Positions 10,125 to 21,531 of a DNA stretch of 64,000 nucleotides are shown in pieces. This stretch comes from an uncultured Bacillota bacterium. GTDB taxonomy: Bacteria > Bacillota > DTU025 > MWDF01. The notes beneath the pieces are model-generated. The model was given only the letters and a program-made list of their open reading frames with translations, had not been told where the DNA came from and did not search any database. The stretch lies in the NCBI GenBank assembly GCA_963823655.1, contig CAWGMK010000007.1:128001-192000 (forward strand). Reading direction: 5' to 3'. The position numbers and the translations under genes were made by a program. Position 1 is the stretch's first letter. The number at the start of each line of letters is the position of its first letter.

Positions 10125-10956
10125 ATGCAGAACACAAGGGCGAACAGGTTGATCGCCATAATATTGCCATTAATGCTCGTAGCTGTGTCTTCGGTAGTGC
10201 TGGGCAGTGCGGGCATGGATATAGCCAATGATGAGCCCCTCCTTGGTGTCACCAGGGTGGAGGCTTCGGTCGACCCCGACTGGCTCACAACAGACAGGCT
10301 CTCCTATCTGCCGACCGGCAAGAACGAGAAGTACACGCCGGGCTTCACCCTGAAAAGGTATCATGAGGGCGCGCTCTTAAGGGCGGACCTAACTACATAC
10401 AGGGTTGAGACTTTATACAAGACGAAAAAGGTGGCGGATTTATCACTGGAACAGGGAGTGACCAAGACCGTAAAAAGAGGCGAGCTCGGAGTGCTGGTCA
10501 AAACCGTTGTTGAGACCAGGATAGGACTGAAGCTTGTCTCAAGAGTGAAGCTGGCCGAAAGAAAAGTTAAAGAGCCCGTCGACCAGGTGGTCCATTACGG
10601 GACGAAACCTCCTTTAAAGAAGCTGAGCACAAAATCCGGCACGTATTACTACAGGAAGTCCTTCATGGTAACTGCGACGGCATATGAGCCGAGCGCAGTC
10701 TCCTGCGGCATATATGCGGACGGGATAACGGCTATCGGGCTGAAGGCGGGCCCCGGCATAATCGCCGTAGATCCTAGGGTGATACCCCTTAAGGAGCAAA
10801 GTGTACGTCGAAGGCTACGGCTACGCCATAGCAGGGGACGTTGGCGGCGCGATCAAGGGCAACCGCATCGACGTCTGCTTCAACACCGTAAGGGAAGCTT
10901 TGAATTTCGGGCGCAGGCGCGTCAGGATATATATACTAGAAGATGTAAAGAAGTAG
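10125..10956 (+). CDS. G5 plus 3D-domain cell-wall protein (YabE-like); +1 indel near 10791
   Basis: G5-like GELG...KEPVDQVVHYGT; VTATAY...IAVDPRVIPL continues in another frame as SKVYVEGYGYAIAGDVGGAIKGNRIDV to TAG 10956. Confidence 0.85.
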
Positions 10957-10982
10957 GGCGAGGCCTTGGGTGAGGTTCAGAT

Positions 10983-11789
10983 ATGCAAAAGAACCATACG
11001 GAATGGAGCCACGGGGTAAGGCTCGGGCAGAATTTCCTGAAGGACATGGCCGTGGCCAGTTCCATTGTGAGCGCTGCCACGGCATTGAAGCCGACAATAG
11101 CGGTAGAGATAGGCCCCGGAAGAGGGGCCATTACTTTTATGCTGGCCAGGCAGGTCGAAAGGCTGACTGCCATAGAGAAGGATGAGTACCTCGCCGGGAA
11201 AATGGCAAAGGAGACCGCCCCTCTGGGCAATGTGGAGATCCTGGAGGACGATGCCTTAAGGGTCGATTTCAGGGGGCTGATCGGAGGATCCGGGGAAGGC
11301 GCCGTACTTGTCGCAAACCTCCCCTACTACCTTTCCACCGCGATGCTGAGGAAGGCGTTCCAGGAGGCGGCCTTCAAGCGCATGGTGTTCATGCTGCAAC
11401 TTGAGGTGGCCCAGAAGGTCTGCGCGAAAGCCGGCGAAGAGGGATATGGGCCGATTTCGGTCGCCAGATGGGCATCCCATGACGCCGAAATCCTTTTCGA
11501 GGTCGCTTCCTCGGCGTTCGAGCCTGCACCGACCGTGAAATCTGCAGTCATAATAATAAGAAGGACCGAACAGAAGTCCGAGGTGCCTTTCGACGTGCTC
11601 ATGAAGTTCACCGATGCCGCTTTCATGGCAAGGCGTAAAAATATAAAGAACGCTTTGCTGGGAAGCATACTCAAACCGAATGCGGACGATCTTGCCAAAG
11701 CCCTTGTGGAAGCAGGGTTAACAGGCACAGAAAGGGCCGAGGAGATACCCGAGGAAAAGATGGCCAAGCTTGCATCCATGCTTATGTAA
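10983..11789 (+). CDS. rsmA: 16S rRNA m6(2)A dimethyltransferase
   Basis: LGQNFL, EIGPGRG, VANLPYY, PAPTVKSA. Confidence 0.95.
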   Translation: MQKNHTEWSHGVRLGQNFLKDMAVASSIVSAATALKPTIAVEIGPGRGAITFMLARQVERLTAIEKDEYLAGKMAKETAPLGNVEILEDDALRVDFRGLIGGSGEGAVLVANLPYYLSTAMLRKAFQEAAFKRMVFMLQLEVAQKVCAKAGEEGYGPISVARWASHDAEILFEVASSAFEPAPTVKSAVIIIRRTEQKSEVPFDVLMKFTDAAFMARRKNIKNALLGSILKPNADDLAKALVEAGLTGTERAEEIPEEKMAKLASMLM

Positions 11790-11896
11790 GAACCCGGTTA
11801 CCAGTATCGATATTTCAAGGTCGCGCTTCAAGGCGCGGCCTTTTCGTTTTTATACAATAAATATTCTATAATTTCAAGAAACTATGGTATTAACTA

Positions 11897-11925
11897 TTGA
11901 CTTGTGCGGAATTGGTTTGTATAAT
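11897..11925 (+). promoter_or_regulatory. SigA-type promoter of the amino-acid ABC transporter
   Basis: TTGACT-17 bp-TATAAT. Confidence 0.75.
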
Positions 11926-11968
11926 CATAAATACTTTACTGAATAATAATGAATCGGAGGAGTATATA

Positions 11969-12694
11969 ATGAAGAAATTGTTCGTAGTAATCGCAGTCAT
12001 ATCGGCCTTTATGCTAATCGTCGGCGGAGCCGGAGCAGCAAAGGTTCTAAAAGTTGGAAACGACCCTGCATTCCCGCCTTTTGAGATGACAACCGACAAG
12101 GGCGAGATCGTCGGGTTCGACATCGACCTGATAAAGGCAGTAGGCGCCGCGGCAGGTTATGAAGTACAGGTTATGGCAGTCGCATGGGACGGCATCATAC
12201 CTGGCCTTATCGCCGGCAATTACGATGTGATAGTATCCGCAATGACAATCACCGCGGAGCGCGCCCTTGCCGTTAACTTCTCGGATCCTTATTTCGAGGC
12301 CAGCCAGGTTATAGTCAACCTCAAGAAGGATAAGGTCATCAACACCTTGGCCGAGCTTACCGGAAAGAAGATTTCCGTCCAGATGGGCACGACAGGCGAC
12401 TTCGTTGCAAGCGATGAAGTGAAGAACGGCATCGTAAAGAGGTTCGACATCGCGACTCTTGCGGTACAGGAGCTTCTAAACGGCAACGTGGACGCGATGG
12501 TAATCGATGACCCCGTAGCCCAGGCTTTCGTAAAGCAGTTCCCCAGCCTGCAGTACGGCGCCAAGTGCACCGAGGAGCTTTACGGCTTCGCGATCGCGAA
12601 GAAGAACACGGCACTTCTCGCAGAGCTCAATGCCGCCCTTAAGAAGCTCAAGGCCGACGGAACCTACGATAAAATATTCGACAAGTGGTTCTAG
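11969..12694 (+). CDS. Polar/basic amino-acid ABC transporter substrate-binding protein
   Basis: Signal peptide, FPPFE, GFDIDL, MTITAER, FSDPYF, DGTYDKIFDKWF. Confidence 0.93.
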   Translation: MKKLFVVIAVISAFMLIVGGAGAAKVLKVGNDPAFPPFEMTTDKGEIVGFDIDLIKAVGAAAGYEVQVMAVAWDGIIPGLIAGNYDVIVSAMTITAERALAVNFSDPYFEASQVIVNLKKDKVINTLAELTGKKISVQMGTTGDFVASDEVKNGIVKRFDIATLAVQELLNGNVDAMVIDDPVAQAFVKQFPSLQYGAKCTEELYGFAIAKKNTALLAELNAALKKLKADGTYDKIFDKWF

Positions 12695-12719
12695 AAGCTC
12701 AATCCTAGCTTAAGGCCAG

Positions 12720-12755
12720 CTGCCGGGCCATGTATTTGGTCCCGGCAGTTTTTTT
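12720..12755 (+). terminator. Intrinsic terminator after the binding-protein gene
   Basis: CTGCCGGG...CCCGGCAG followed by T7. Confidence 0.75.
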
Positions 12756-12834
12756 GCCTGTTGCGCATTATTTGGCCACAATGTATTATTATTTGAACGT
12801 GGCACATTATTATTCTGAACGCACGGAGGGCTAA

Positions 12835-13495
12835 ATGCTGGACTTTTCTTTCATACCTAGAATAATGCCCAGCCTGCTCCAGGGCGCTGTCGTAACCTTG
12901 TGGCTCACGGCAGCCTCAGTAAGCGTAGGATTCCTGATAGGTTCATTCATGGGAATCATGGCATCAGGCGTTAACAAGCCCCTTAAAGATCTTATCAACC
13001 GTATATATAAACATAATCAGAGGAACCCCTCTGCTGGTCCAGATCTTCCTGGTCTACTTCGGCATTCCGCCTCTACTTGGTATCTCGATGCCTTCGAACG
13101 TCGCCGCAATTCTCGCGCTGAGCCTGAACTCCGGCGCATATGTAGGCGAGATTGTCAGAGGCGGCATCGTATCGGTAGACAAAGGGCAATATGAGGCGTC
13201 GTTTTCTTTGGGCATGAACAGGAAGTTCACCATGCTGCACGTAATCTTCCCCCAGGCCTTCAGGCGCATAGTGCCGATGCTGGGGAATGAGTTCATAGCG
13301 ATGCTAAAGGACTCGTCCCTGGTCGCGGTAATATCGATGGAGGAGCTGTTGAGGAAAGGCCAGCTTGCGGTCTCGCGTACATTCAGGCCCTTCGAGATAT
13401 ACATAGTAATAACATTCATGTACCTGATAATGACCTACGGCATATCGCTTCTTGTCAAATGGAGCGAAAGGAGGCTTACTACCGATGACAGATAA
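12835..13495 (+). CDS. Amino-acid ABC transporter permease; indel near 12997
   Basis: N-terminal GAVVTL part joins IRGTPLLVQ...[13 protein letters not shown]...KDSSL in another frame. Confidence 0.9.
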
Positions 13496-14231
13496 CATTA
13501 TCGAAGTACGCGGCCTCCACAAGAAGTTCAAGCGCATAGACGCGCTTAAAGGCGTAGACATCGACATAGAAAAGGGCAAGGTCATGGTGTTGATAGGCCC
13601 TTCGGGATCGGGAAAGAGCACACTTCTTAGATGCATGAATCTGCTTGAAAAGCCCTCCGCCGGGGATGTGCTCTTCGAAGGCAGGAAGATAAACGAAAAG
13701 GGAGTCAATATCAACGAGGTGCGCCGGGAGATGGGCATGGTGTTCCAGAGCTTCAATCTCTTCCCTCACCTCAGAGTCATTGAGAACATCTCCCTTGCGC
13801 CCATAAAAGTAAGGGGCCTGAGCAGGGATGAGGCGCATGAGTCCGCCCGCGAGCTTCTGAAGAAGGTAGGCATTCCCGAAAAGGCCAATGACTATCCCGC
13901 CCAGCTGTCCGGCGGGCAGCAGCAGAGGGTGGCGATCGCAAGGGCGCTGGCTATGAAGCCCAAGGTGCTGCTCTTCGACGAGCCCACATCCGCGCTCGAC
14001 CCTGAGATGATTGGAGAAGTCCTGGACGTCATGAAGACGCTTGCGTTCGACGGCATGACAATGGCGATTGTCACCCATGAGATGGGCTTCGCCAGGGAAG
14101 TCGGAGACATGGTGACGTTCATGGACGAGGGGCTGATCGTTGAGCAGGCAGAGCCGGAGAAGATTTTCAGCTCGCCTGAAAATGCCAGGACAAAGGCCTT
14201 TTTGAGCAAAGTGCTCTCATCGAGAAGATAG
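13485..14231 (+). CDS. Amino-acid ABC transporter ATP-binding protein (GlnQ-like)
   Basis: [43 protein letters not shown]. Confidence 0.95.
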   Translation: MTDNIIEVRGLHKKFKRIDALKGVDIDIEKGKVMVLIGPSGSGKSTLLRCMNLLEKPSAGDVLFEGRKINEKGVNINEVRREMGMVFQSFNLFPHLRVIENISLAPIKVRGLSRDEAHESARELLKKVGIPEKANDYPAQLSGGQQQRVAIARALAMKPKVLLFDEPTSALDPEMIGEVLDVMKTLAFDGMTMAIVTHEMGFAREVGDMVTFMDEGLIVEQAEPEKIFSSPENARTKAFLSKVLSSRR

Positions 14232-14314
14232 CCTCATGTAAGACGAGGCATCAGTAAGAAAGAAGATATGCTCCCTCCGGCGCGGACGCAAAGACTGTCC
14301 AGGAGGGAGCATTT

Positions 14315-15196
14315 TTATGCCTTTATGGGCTTTTCAAGTCGAAGCAGCCTGAATATCGCGGTGGCCCCGGCAGTCGGCCATATCCCGAGCAGGAAATACA
14401 GGGGAAGCAGCGTAACTGGGTAGGCTTCGGCACCCATATCCGCAAGGGCCTTAAGCCCCAGAAAACCGGCAAAACCAATGGCGAGCTTGACCGCCTGCAG
14501 CAAAATCGCCCCGCCCGCTTCGGTCCTTACATACTTGTCGTGGAAGTAGTAACCCAATGACATGCCGCCGATTATGCCAAGAAGGCCGATATAGTCCTCG
14601 CCGCTTTCGGCAATCGACGGTATGAGGGAATAGGCAAGTAACACCAGGCCGGCTATGATTAGCCCTAGGTCCTTGAGTCCGCCCTTGAAGAACCGTGCCG
14701 CCATGGAGAGCGCAAGGCCCACCAAAATTGCGGTAGCCGCCCCGCCCGCCCATCCCCATGCCACCTGAAGCGGGAAATGGACGCCCGAATACACCCTCGT
14801 GAACCCTATCAGGAGCACCAGCATGGCCGAAAAAACCCAGAACCACGCCTTGCGCAGCCGGAACGACGCCGCAGCCCAGAAAGCCATCGAATTGAACGCA
14901 TGCCCGGACGGCATGCCGCTGCCCGTGGCGGATTTCAAAAACTCCTCGCTCACTTGTATGGATGGGTCGACCTGAAATGGGCGCAACGCCCCTAACATGC
15001 CCTTGGCCACATCAGTGGCGACTCCTCCTGCCAGCACTGACATTCCGATGAAGTAGCCTGCCCTCCTGTTCATGCACCAATAGATCACAGGTACCGCTAT
15101 TAGGTAGAATTTCGTGGATCCCAACTGCGTTACATAAAACAGGACTTTGTCCAACAAAGGTGAGGCAATCGTTCTGAGGGCCAATATCAGTTCCAT
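14315..15196 (-). CDS. PAP2-family membrane phosphatase
   Basis: K...RP, PSGH and TRVYSGVH motifs; multiple TM segments. Confidence 0.88.
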   Translation of the reverse strand: MELILALRTIASPLLDKVLFYVTQLGSTKFYLIAVPVIYWCMNRRAGYFIGMSVLAGGVATDVAKGMLGALRPFQVDPSIQVSEEFLKSATGSGMPSGHAFNSMAFWAAASFRLRKAWFWVFSAMLVLLIGFTRVYSGVHFPLQVAWGWAGGAATAILVGLALSMAARFFKGGLKDLGLIIAGLVLLAYSLIPSIAESGEDYIGLLGIIGGMSLGYYFHDKYVRTEAGGAILLQAVKLAIGFAGFLGLKALADMGAEAYPVTLLPLYFLLGIWPTAGATAIFRLLRLEKPIKA

Positions 15197-15409
15197 ATGC
15201 TCCTCCGCCGGTTTAATAGCTTTTCCGTTTCCTCAAAGATACTACATAGGGCCCGCGCAGAAAAGGTTTTTGAACCTTAGCATCGCTTTTTCCGGACCTT
15301 TGGGCTGCGGGTTGCGGGATCGCGGTGAAAATGGTATTGTGTATACAGAAAACAACAATGCATAAATGTGTATCTGAAAGTACAACATAGTACAATGGAG
15401 GTTTCGGTT

Positions 15410-16342
15410 TTGGTCATCTCTGTCGGAGACATAATGCTCGACATTTATATACAGGAGCCGGACAGCTTGAATCCCGACACAGACACCGAGGGGAGCACGA
15501 AGCTAATGTGGGGCGGCTCGGCTGCGAATTTCGCGGTCTGGGCATCAAGGCTGGGCCTGAATCCATACATAAACGGAAAAGTCGGCTCCGATTTCCTTGG
15601 AGATGCAGCCCTCGAAGACTTCAGAAAAGAGGGAGTAAAGGCCCTTATCGCAAGGGATGCAAACTCGGCTACCGGTACTGTCGTGGTTAAAAGCAGGGGC
15701 GCAGACGGCAGGGAGATGATTTGCGACCGGAAGGCGAACGCCAAGTTCAGCGAAGAGGACCTTCCGGCAGACAAGATATCTACAGGCCGACTGGATCCAT
15801 ATATCGGGCTATACGGTCATAGAGCAAAAGCCGCGCAAGGCGGTCGTAGCATGCATAAAAAAGGCCCTTGAGGGCAAGGCGACGGTTTCTGTGGACCCGG
15901 GATCGTGTTCGCTTATCGGAGGGCTTGGCGTCGGCCGCTTCCTTGACGCAGTCAAAGGGGCCCATGTGATACTCCCCAATCTCGAGGAGGCAAGGCTTCT
16001 GACAGGCATTGATGAAGCCCGAAAAAATGGCAGATGCATTATTGGGCCTGTTCCCGGTAGTAGTAATCAAGCTGGGGCCGCAAGGGGCCCTTTATGCCGA
16101 TAGGACGGGATCTAGTGGGGCGGGTGCCCGCGTTCGATGCAGCCGCAAAGGACGTAAACGGAGCCGGCGACGCATTCGGGGCTGCATTTGCCGCATGCTT
16201 CATTCATACGGGCGACTTGCGGAGATCCGTCGAAGCGGGATGCGAGCTGGCAGCGCTTGTAGTAGGAGCCGAAGGGGCAAGGCCTGCGGTGCCCATAGAC
16301 AGGATAATCGATAAGTATCTCTCACCAAACAGAAGGGATTAG
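15410..16342 (+). CDS. PfkB-family carbohydrate kinase; several indels (about 15785, 16010, 16100)
   Basis: GGSAANFA, GKVGSDFLG, ADWIHISGY, PNLEEA, IKLGPQGA and GAGDAF are spread across frames. Confidence 0.85.
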
Positions 16343-18026
16343 ATGATGACGAAGATATATCGTGCAGCTATAACTGCTTTAATATTGCTTTTGATGCTGT
16401 CTGCCGTATCATCGGCCGCCGAAGCTGACGCGTCTGTATTGGGCTTTCCTCCGGAGGGTTGGTCGCGCGAGACGCTGCTTTGCGAATATTCCAGGCTAAC
16501 GGGCGCATTCAGCGTCGATTTGAACGGTGACGTGCTTTGCATAGCTTACTCCGACGGCGAATACGACTGGCTGAAAATCTCGGTTAAGGCCTTCAAGCTT
16601 TCCCCAAGCGGGCCGAAGCTATTGTGGCAGAAGGAAGCGTCCACTACTCAGACACACAATATAACGCCTTTGGTTTTAGCCGCGAAATCCGGCGGCTTCC
16701 ACATATTCTGGGTCGAAAGGCCCAATCAGGATGACTACAGCATTAGATACTCAAGGATAAACGTCTCCGGCGATGTTGAGATAGCTGATACGCTGCTTGA
16801 GACGGGAGCCGGCCCCATAAGAGACCTTACGGCCGCGGAAACCGGCGACGGCAGCATAGCGCTTGCATGGTCCGACTGGAGGGGGCGCACTCTTGAAGTG
16901 ATGGTAGGAAGCGTGGGCTTTGGCGATGGCTCGCCCTCACTTTCGAAAATCAATTACATGCCCAGCTTAGACGCGGAAAAGGCCATGTCGACTCCAAGGA
17001 TGGCCTATGTAGGCGAGGGGGATTACCTGGCCCTTCTCTGGGTCGAAAGCGGCTTCGAAGAGGCCAATCTGATCCTCTCATGGCTCAACGCCTCCGATTT
17101 CTCAGTCCAGGGCCTGCAAAGCTTGGGAGGGTATACGACGGCCTCGGGGGCATATCCGGCAATCACCAAAGGTGAGGGCGACGAAATCTATGTCGCATGG
17201 CCCCAGGATATAAACACGAAGTCTCTGTCGGCAACCAGGACATCGGATCATCATGCTCGCATATTTCGCCGGCAAAGAGCTCGTATGGTCCAAGAAGGTA
17301 ATCGAGATGCCGGAAAACCAGGTCTCTCCGGCCCTCGCATTCGACGGGCAGGACGCCTTTATGGCCTGGCACGATTTCAACGACAGGAGCCCCCACGTAT
17401 GGGTGGGCAAGCCCGAATCCGAGTATGGCCCGTTGAAGGTGGATTACAACCTTATGGCATCCATGAAGCCGTATGCCGGCATGGTGGGCGACAAGGCCGT
17501 TTTGGTATATGAGAGGTTCACAAGCGAAGGCCCGAGGCAAGCTTACCTTATGTCCCAGGTGAATCCCGCAAAGCCGAGCCTTCTGTATTCGCTGGGCATC
17601 GATAAATCGGCCCCTGTCAAACATCTGGCCTTCACTTTGGCCATGGCGGCTTTAAGATCGGCGTTGAGCGTGATGCTCAATATCGGCGCTCTCGCGCTAG
17701 GTATGGGCTTCCTGTGGGCTATGAAGTATATAAGATTGACCGAGAAGATGAGACAGAGGCCGGAGTTGATGGCAGCTTCGATCATCGCGTTCCTGATGCT
17801 TCTGCAGGCGACTCCTCTGTTCGTATCCCTGCCCGGCATATTCGGACCCGATTTCCACGCGATAGTATCCATAGTAGCAGGGCTTGCGGCCTTCACCCTC
17901 ATGAGGCTGGGAAGGTCGGAGTGGTGGCTGGATTCGCTGATGCAGCTGGTGTTCATGTGCATATGGCTCTTCTTCCAGCAATTTGCGCTGCTTATTCCTT
18001 CTTTGCTGAAAGCGGGGTTGTTGTAG
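16343..18026 (+). CDS. Membrane-anchored hypothetical protein: exported beta-rich domain plus C-terminal TM bundle; indel near 17250
   Basis: Signal peptide; repeated short strands (HIFWVE, ALAWSD, ALLWVE, YVAWPQ); the 17253-18026 frame supplies 4-5 TM helices. Confidence 0.65.
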
Positions 18027-18233
18027 ATGTTGAAAATGAGCAGATTTAGCAGGGGAGTCATCTTCTTCTTCGGATCTTTGGCGGGGCTTGCGGCGGTCGT
18101 CTTCCTGTATATATTCCTTTCAGGGGGCGGCGAGTTGGGCAGCAAGTACCTGAGCGCTTACTTCCCGCTGGCTGCACTTGTCCTTCTGTTGGCGGCCGCC
18201 GCTACCAGAAGCTCGCGCCGCAGGGACGCTTAG
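18027..18233 (+). CDS. Small two-TM membrane protein
   Basis: 68 aa with two hydrophobic segments; exactly fills the gap in the operon. Confidence 0.6.
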   Translation: MLKMSRFSRGVIFFFGSLAGLAAVVFLYIFLSGGGELGSKYLSAYFPLAALVLLLAAAATRSSRRRDA

Positions 18234-18236
18234 CCG

Positions 18237-19102
18237 ATGGCGCAGCTTTTGTGCAAAGCCCGGGCCAAGGTGAACCTGACCCTGGACATAATTGGCAGGC
18301 GCCCGGACGGCTATCATGACATCGAGAGCGTCATGCATACGCTGGAGCTTGGGGATACAGTCGGCATCAATATTACCGGCAGGCCGGAATGTGGATTACG
18401 GTCCGGGGGGAAATCGGGGCCCCGGAAGGCCCGGAGAACCTCGCCTTCAAGGCAGCTGCGGCTATGAGGGAGCATCTGAGGCAACAGGGGCACAAGATGG
18501 ACTGGGGAGTAGAGATAGAGCTGGTCAAGCACATCCCCTCCGAAGCAGGGCTTGCCGGAGGCAGCTCGGATGCAGCCGCGGTACTGGCCCTGATGGACGC
18601 GGCCCTTGGAAATCCTCTTGGAGAGGGACGGCTACTAGAGCTTGCAAGCCGCCTTGGCGCCGACATTCCATTCCTGCTTGAGGGCGGAATGGCGCTGGCT
18701 AGGGGAACCGGAGGGGAGCTAAGGCCGCTCGAAGGGCTGGAAGGGTACACAGTGGCCCTTGCCAAACCTGATGAGGGGCTGTCCACCGGGATTATGTACA
18801 GGGCGTGGGACGCGGCCAATGCTTCAACGGTGGCAAATGCGCAAAAAAAGGAAACGAGTTCGTCTGTACTTTTGAAGGCCCTTTCCGCAGAAGGCCCGCA
18901 CGCCGCACTGAAATGCCTGCATAACGGCTTCGAGGAACTGGCTGTCGGAATGCTTCCTTCAATAGGAAGGCTTAAGAGGATGATGTTGGACTCAGGCGCG
19001 ATTTCGGCCTCGATGTCGGGATCAGGGACTGCGGTCTTCGGGATTTTCGAGGACGAGCCCGCGGCCTGCAGGGCAATAAAGTCCGATAAATGCAGGCTTT
19101 AA
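18237..19102 (+). CDS. ispE: 4-diphosphocytidyl-2-C-methyl-D-erythritol kinase; indel near 18385
   Basis: AKVNLTLDI...DGYHDIESV, then [23 protein letters not shown] and MSGSG in the next frame; C-terminus may extend to 19163. Confidence 0.93.
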
Positions 19103-19173
19103 AGGTATATTCACAATGGTTACCAGACTGGACGGCGATCGCGGATTGCCGATGCTTAAGTGAGGTGAGCTAG

Positions 19174-19869
19174 ATGACTGACGGCAGAATTATCCTGAAC
19201 ATGGACAACTACAAACCCCTAAGGGAGATCGTCTTCGAGGCCATGAGGGAGGCGATAGTCTCAGGCAGGCTGGCGCCGGGGGAAAGGCTTGTGGAAATCA
19301 AGCTGGCGGACGAGATGGGAGTCTCAAGGACGCCCGTCAGGGAAGCGATCAGGAAGCTGGAGCTGGAAGGCTTCGTCATCATGATGCAGAGGAAAGGCGC
19401 ATATGTGGCGGGCCTGTCCCCGAAGGAGATCAGGGATGTCTTCGAAATCAGGTCCACGCTGGAGAGCCTTGCCGCCCGCCTTGCGGCGGAGCGCATTAAC
19501 GAAATACAGCTGGAACAGCTCAAAAGACAGCTGGCCGACATCGAGGAGAAGATAAGGACGCATGAGCTGGAGGCCGTCGTCAAGTCGGACATCATCTTCC
19601 ATGACATCCTTTTCAACGCCTCGGGAAACGCAAGGCTGGTTTCTATGCTCTCCAACCTCAGGGAGCAGATCCACCGCTACAGGTCTATGTCCCTCTCATA
19701 TCCCGGGCGCATGGTAATAGCGCTGGACGAGCACCGGGCCATAGTCAAAGCCATAATCGAGCACAACTCAGAGGCGGCTGGCAGGGCCGCAATAAGGCAC
19801 ATGGAGAGCGCCGAGGCAAGCCTCATCGAGGTCATGAAGAAAGTCCACATGTCGATTAACGAGGAGTGA
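19174..19869 (+). CDS. GntR/FCD transcriptional regulator
   Basis: GVSRTPVREAI HTH; FCD motifs FHDIL, GN, EHRAI. Confidence 0.93.
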   Translation: MTDGRIILNMDNYKPLREIVFEAMREAIVSGRLAPGERLVEIKLADEMGVSRTPVREAIRKLELEGFVIMMQRKGAYVAGLSPKEIRDVFEIRSTLESLAARLAAERINEIQLEQLKRQLADIEEKIRTHELEAVVKSDIIFHDILFNASGNARLVSMLSNLREQIHRYRSMSLSYPGRMVIALDEHRAIVKAIIEHNSEAAGRAAIRHMESAEASLIEVMKKVHMSINEE

Positions 19870-19873
19870 TAAC

Positions 19874-20644
19874 ATGGCCAAAATGATCGAAGCCGTGCTG
19901 CTTGCCGGCGGAGTGAACAAAGGCAAGCTTGCGGAGTGTTCGGATGCAGCATGGGAGGCCATGATAGACATCAACGGAAGGCCGATGGCCTCATATGTCG
20001 TCAAAGGCATACTAGATAGCGGCAGGGTATCGAGGGTAATAATCTCGGGCCCCGAGGAGCTGGCAGGAACGCTGTCACAGTTCGGGGAGAGGGCCAAGCT
20101 GGTCAAGCCCGGGGCAAACCTTCTTGACAGCCTTTTGAATGCCCTTGAAGCCACCGAAACCGACATGGTGGTAATCGGCACCGCCGACATTCCTTTGGTG
20201 GACGGGGCGGCTATCAGGGACATGATAGAGCTCTGCGACAAGCAGGACGCCGAAGTCTATTACGCCCTCGTTTTCAAAGAGGATTACGAGAAGGCGTATC
20301 CCGGAGGCAAACGGACGTATGTCAACCTCAAGGACGGGGTGCTGACCGGTGCGAATGTTTTCATCGCCTCTAAAGCCGCAATAATGGGCAAGAAAGAGCT
20401 GATCTCGGAGATGTATGCGAAGAGGAAGAACCCCCTTGCGATGGCGGTGGCCCTTGGCCTCGGCCCGGTAACTTTATTGAGGCTTATGACCGGCAAAGTC
20501 GCGATTTCAGAGATCGAAGCAATAGCAAGGAAATCGTTCAAGCTCGAGGGCAGGGGCGTAAGGACCCGCTATGCGTCCATCGCCATGGATGTGGACAAGC
20601 CCTCGGACCTGGAATTGGCCAGGAATAATGCCAGATGGGAATAA
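19874..20644 (+). CDS. MobA-like nucleotidyltransferase family protein
   Basis: AVLLAGG, INGRPM, ADIPL, MDVDKPSD. Confidence 0.85.
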   Translation: MAKMIEAVLLAGGVNKGKLAECSDAAWEAMIDINGRPMASYVVKGILDSGRVSRVIISGPEELAGTLSQFGERAKLVKPGANLLDSLLNALEATETDMVVIGTADIPLVDGAAIRDMIELCDKQDAEVYYALVFKEDYEKAYPGGKRTYVNLKDGVLTGANVFIASKAAIMGKKELISEMYAKRKNPLAMAVALGLGPVTLLRLMTGKVAISEIEAIARKSFKLEGRGVRTRYASIAMDVDKPSDLELARNNARWE

Positions 20645-20671
20645 CAACAGACTATTTAGGAGGAAGGTTTC

Positions 20672-21055
20672 ATGAATAAAACGGCGGTATCTACTGACAG
20701 GGGGCCAAAGGCGATAGGGCCTTACAGCCAGGCCATAAAGACTCAGGGGTTCATGTTCATCTCCGGGCAGACCCCGCTTGAGCCATCGACGGGCGAGATG
20801 GTCGGAGCCGATGTAGAGGTTCAGACTGTAAGAGTCCTGGAGAATATAAAGGGGATTTTGGAATCCCAGGGTCTCAGCCTCGCAAACGTGGTGAAAACCA
20901 CCGTGTTTCTTAAAGACATGAACGATTTTGCGGCAATGAACAGGATATATGCGGGCTATTTCCCGGAACCTGCCCCTGCGAGATCTACGATCCAGGTGGC
21001 CAGGCTTCCGAAGGATGCCTTGGTCGAAATTGAATCAATTGTTGTACTGGAGTGA
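20672..21055 (+). CDS. ridA: RidA reactive intermediate deaminase
   Basis: AIGPYSQAI, SGQ, PARS, LVEIE. Confidence 0.95.
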   Translation: MNKTAVSTDRGPKAIGPYSQAIKTQGFMFISGQTPLEPSTGEMVGADVEVQTVRVLENIKGILESQGLSLANVVKTTVFLKDMNDFAAMNRIYAGYFPEPAPARSTIQVARLPKDALVEIESIVVLE

Positions 21056-21109
21056 GTACAATTAACATAAGCGCAGCTTAACACCACTTACCATGAAATT
21101 GGAAGTGGA

Positions 21110-21134
21110 AGGATATATTTGGCAATTGTAGAAG
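21110..21134 (+). promoter_or_regulatory. SigH-like promoter of spoVG
   Basis: AGGA-17 bp-GAAG; spoVG is the classic SigH target in B. subtilis. Confidence 0.6.
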
Positions 21135-21173
21135 GTAATAAATATCTACCTAGGTTTTCATCGGAGGTGCTTT

Positions 21174-21479
21174 ATGGACATCACTGACGTAAGAGTCAGA
21201 AAAGTCATCACCACTAGCCGCATGAAAGCCATCGCGACCATTACATTTGACGATTGCTTCGTAGTAAGAGACATCAAGGTCATCGATGGCCAGAACGGAT
21301 TGTTCGTTGCGATGCCCTCAAGAAAGTCGGCGGACGGCCAATTCAGGGATGTGGCGCACCCTATCAGGCAGGAATTCAGAGAGGCTATTGAAAAGAGGAT
21401 CATCGAAGTCTTCAAGGAACTAAAGGATGAAGTGCCGGAGCTGAAGGACGAAGCGCTAGAGGAGGCAGCCGGGAGCTAA
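21174..21479 (+). CDS. spoVG: SpoVG
   Basis: [28 protein letters not shown]. Confidence 0.97.
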   Translation: MDITDVRVRKVITTSRMKAIATITFDDCFVVRDIKVIDGQNGLFVAMPSRKSADGQFRDVAHPIRQEFREAIEKRIIEVFKELKDEVPELKDEALEEAAGS

Positions 21480-21531
21480 GAATCCTTTATTGTGCCAGCC
21501 CGCTGTGGTAGAATCTCCTTGCTTCGCATTT

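Noticed and set aside
8891-10231. 446-aa plus-strand ORF and other long antisense ORFs (e.g. 6031-6900, 3619-4488, 34502-35347, 38001-38765)
   Set aside because: They are shadows of well-supported genes in GC-rich coding DNA and have no recognisable motifs
14268-14316. GGACGCAAAG resembling the c-di-GMP-I riboswitch core
   Set aside because: It sits inside a terminator hairpin between convergent genes and lacks the upstream GGCAAA and GNRA elements
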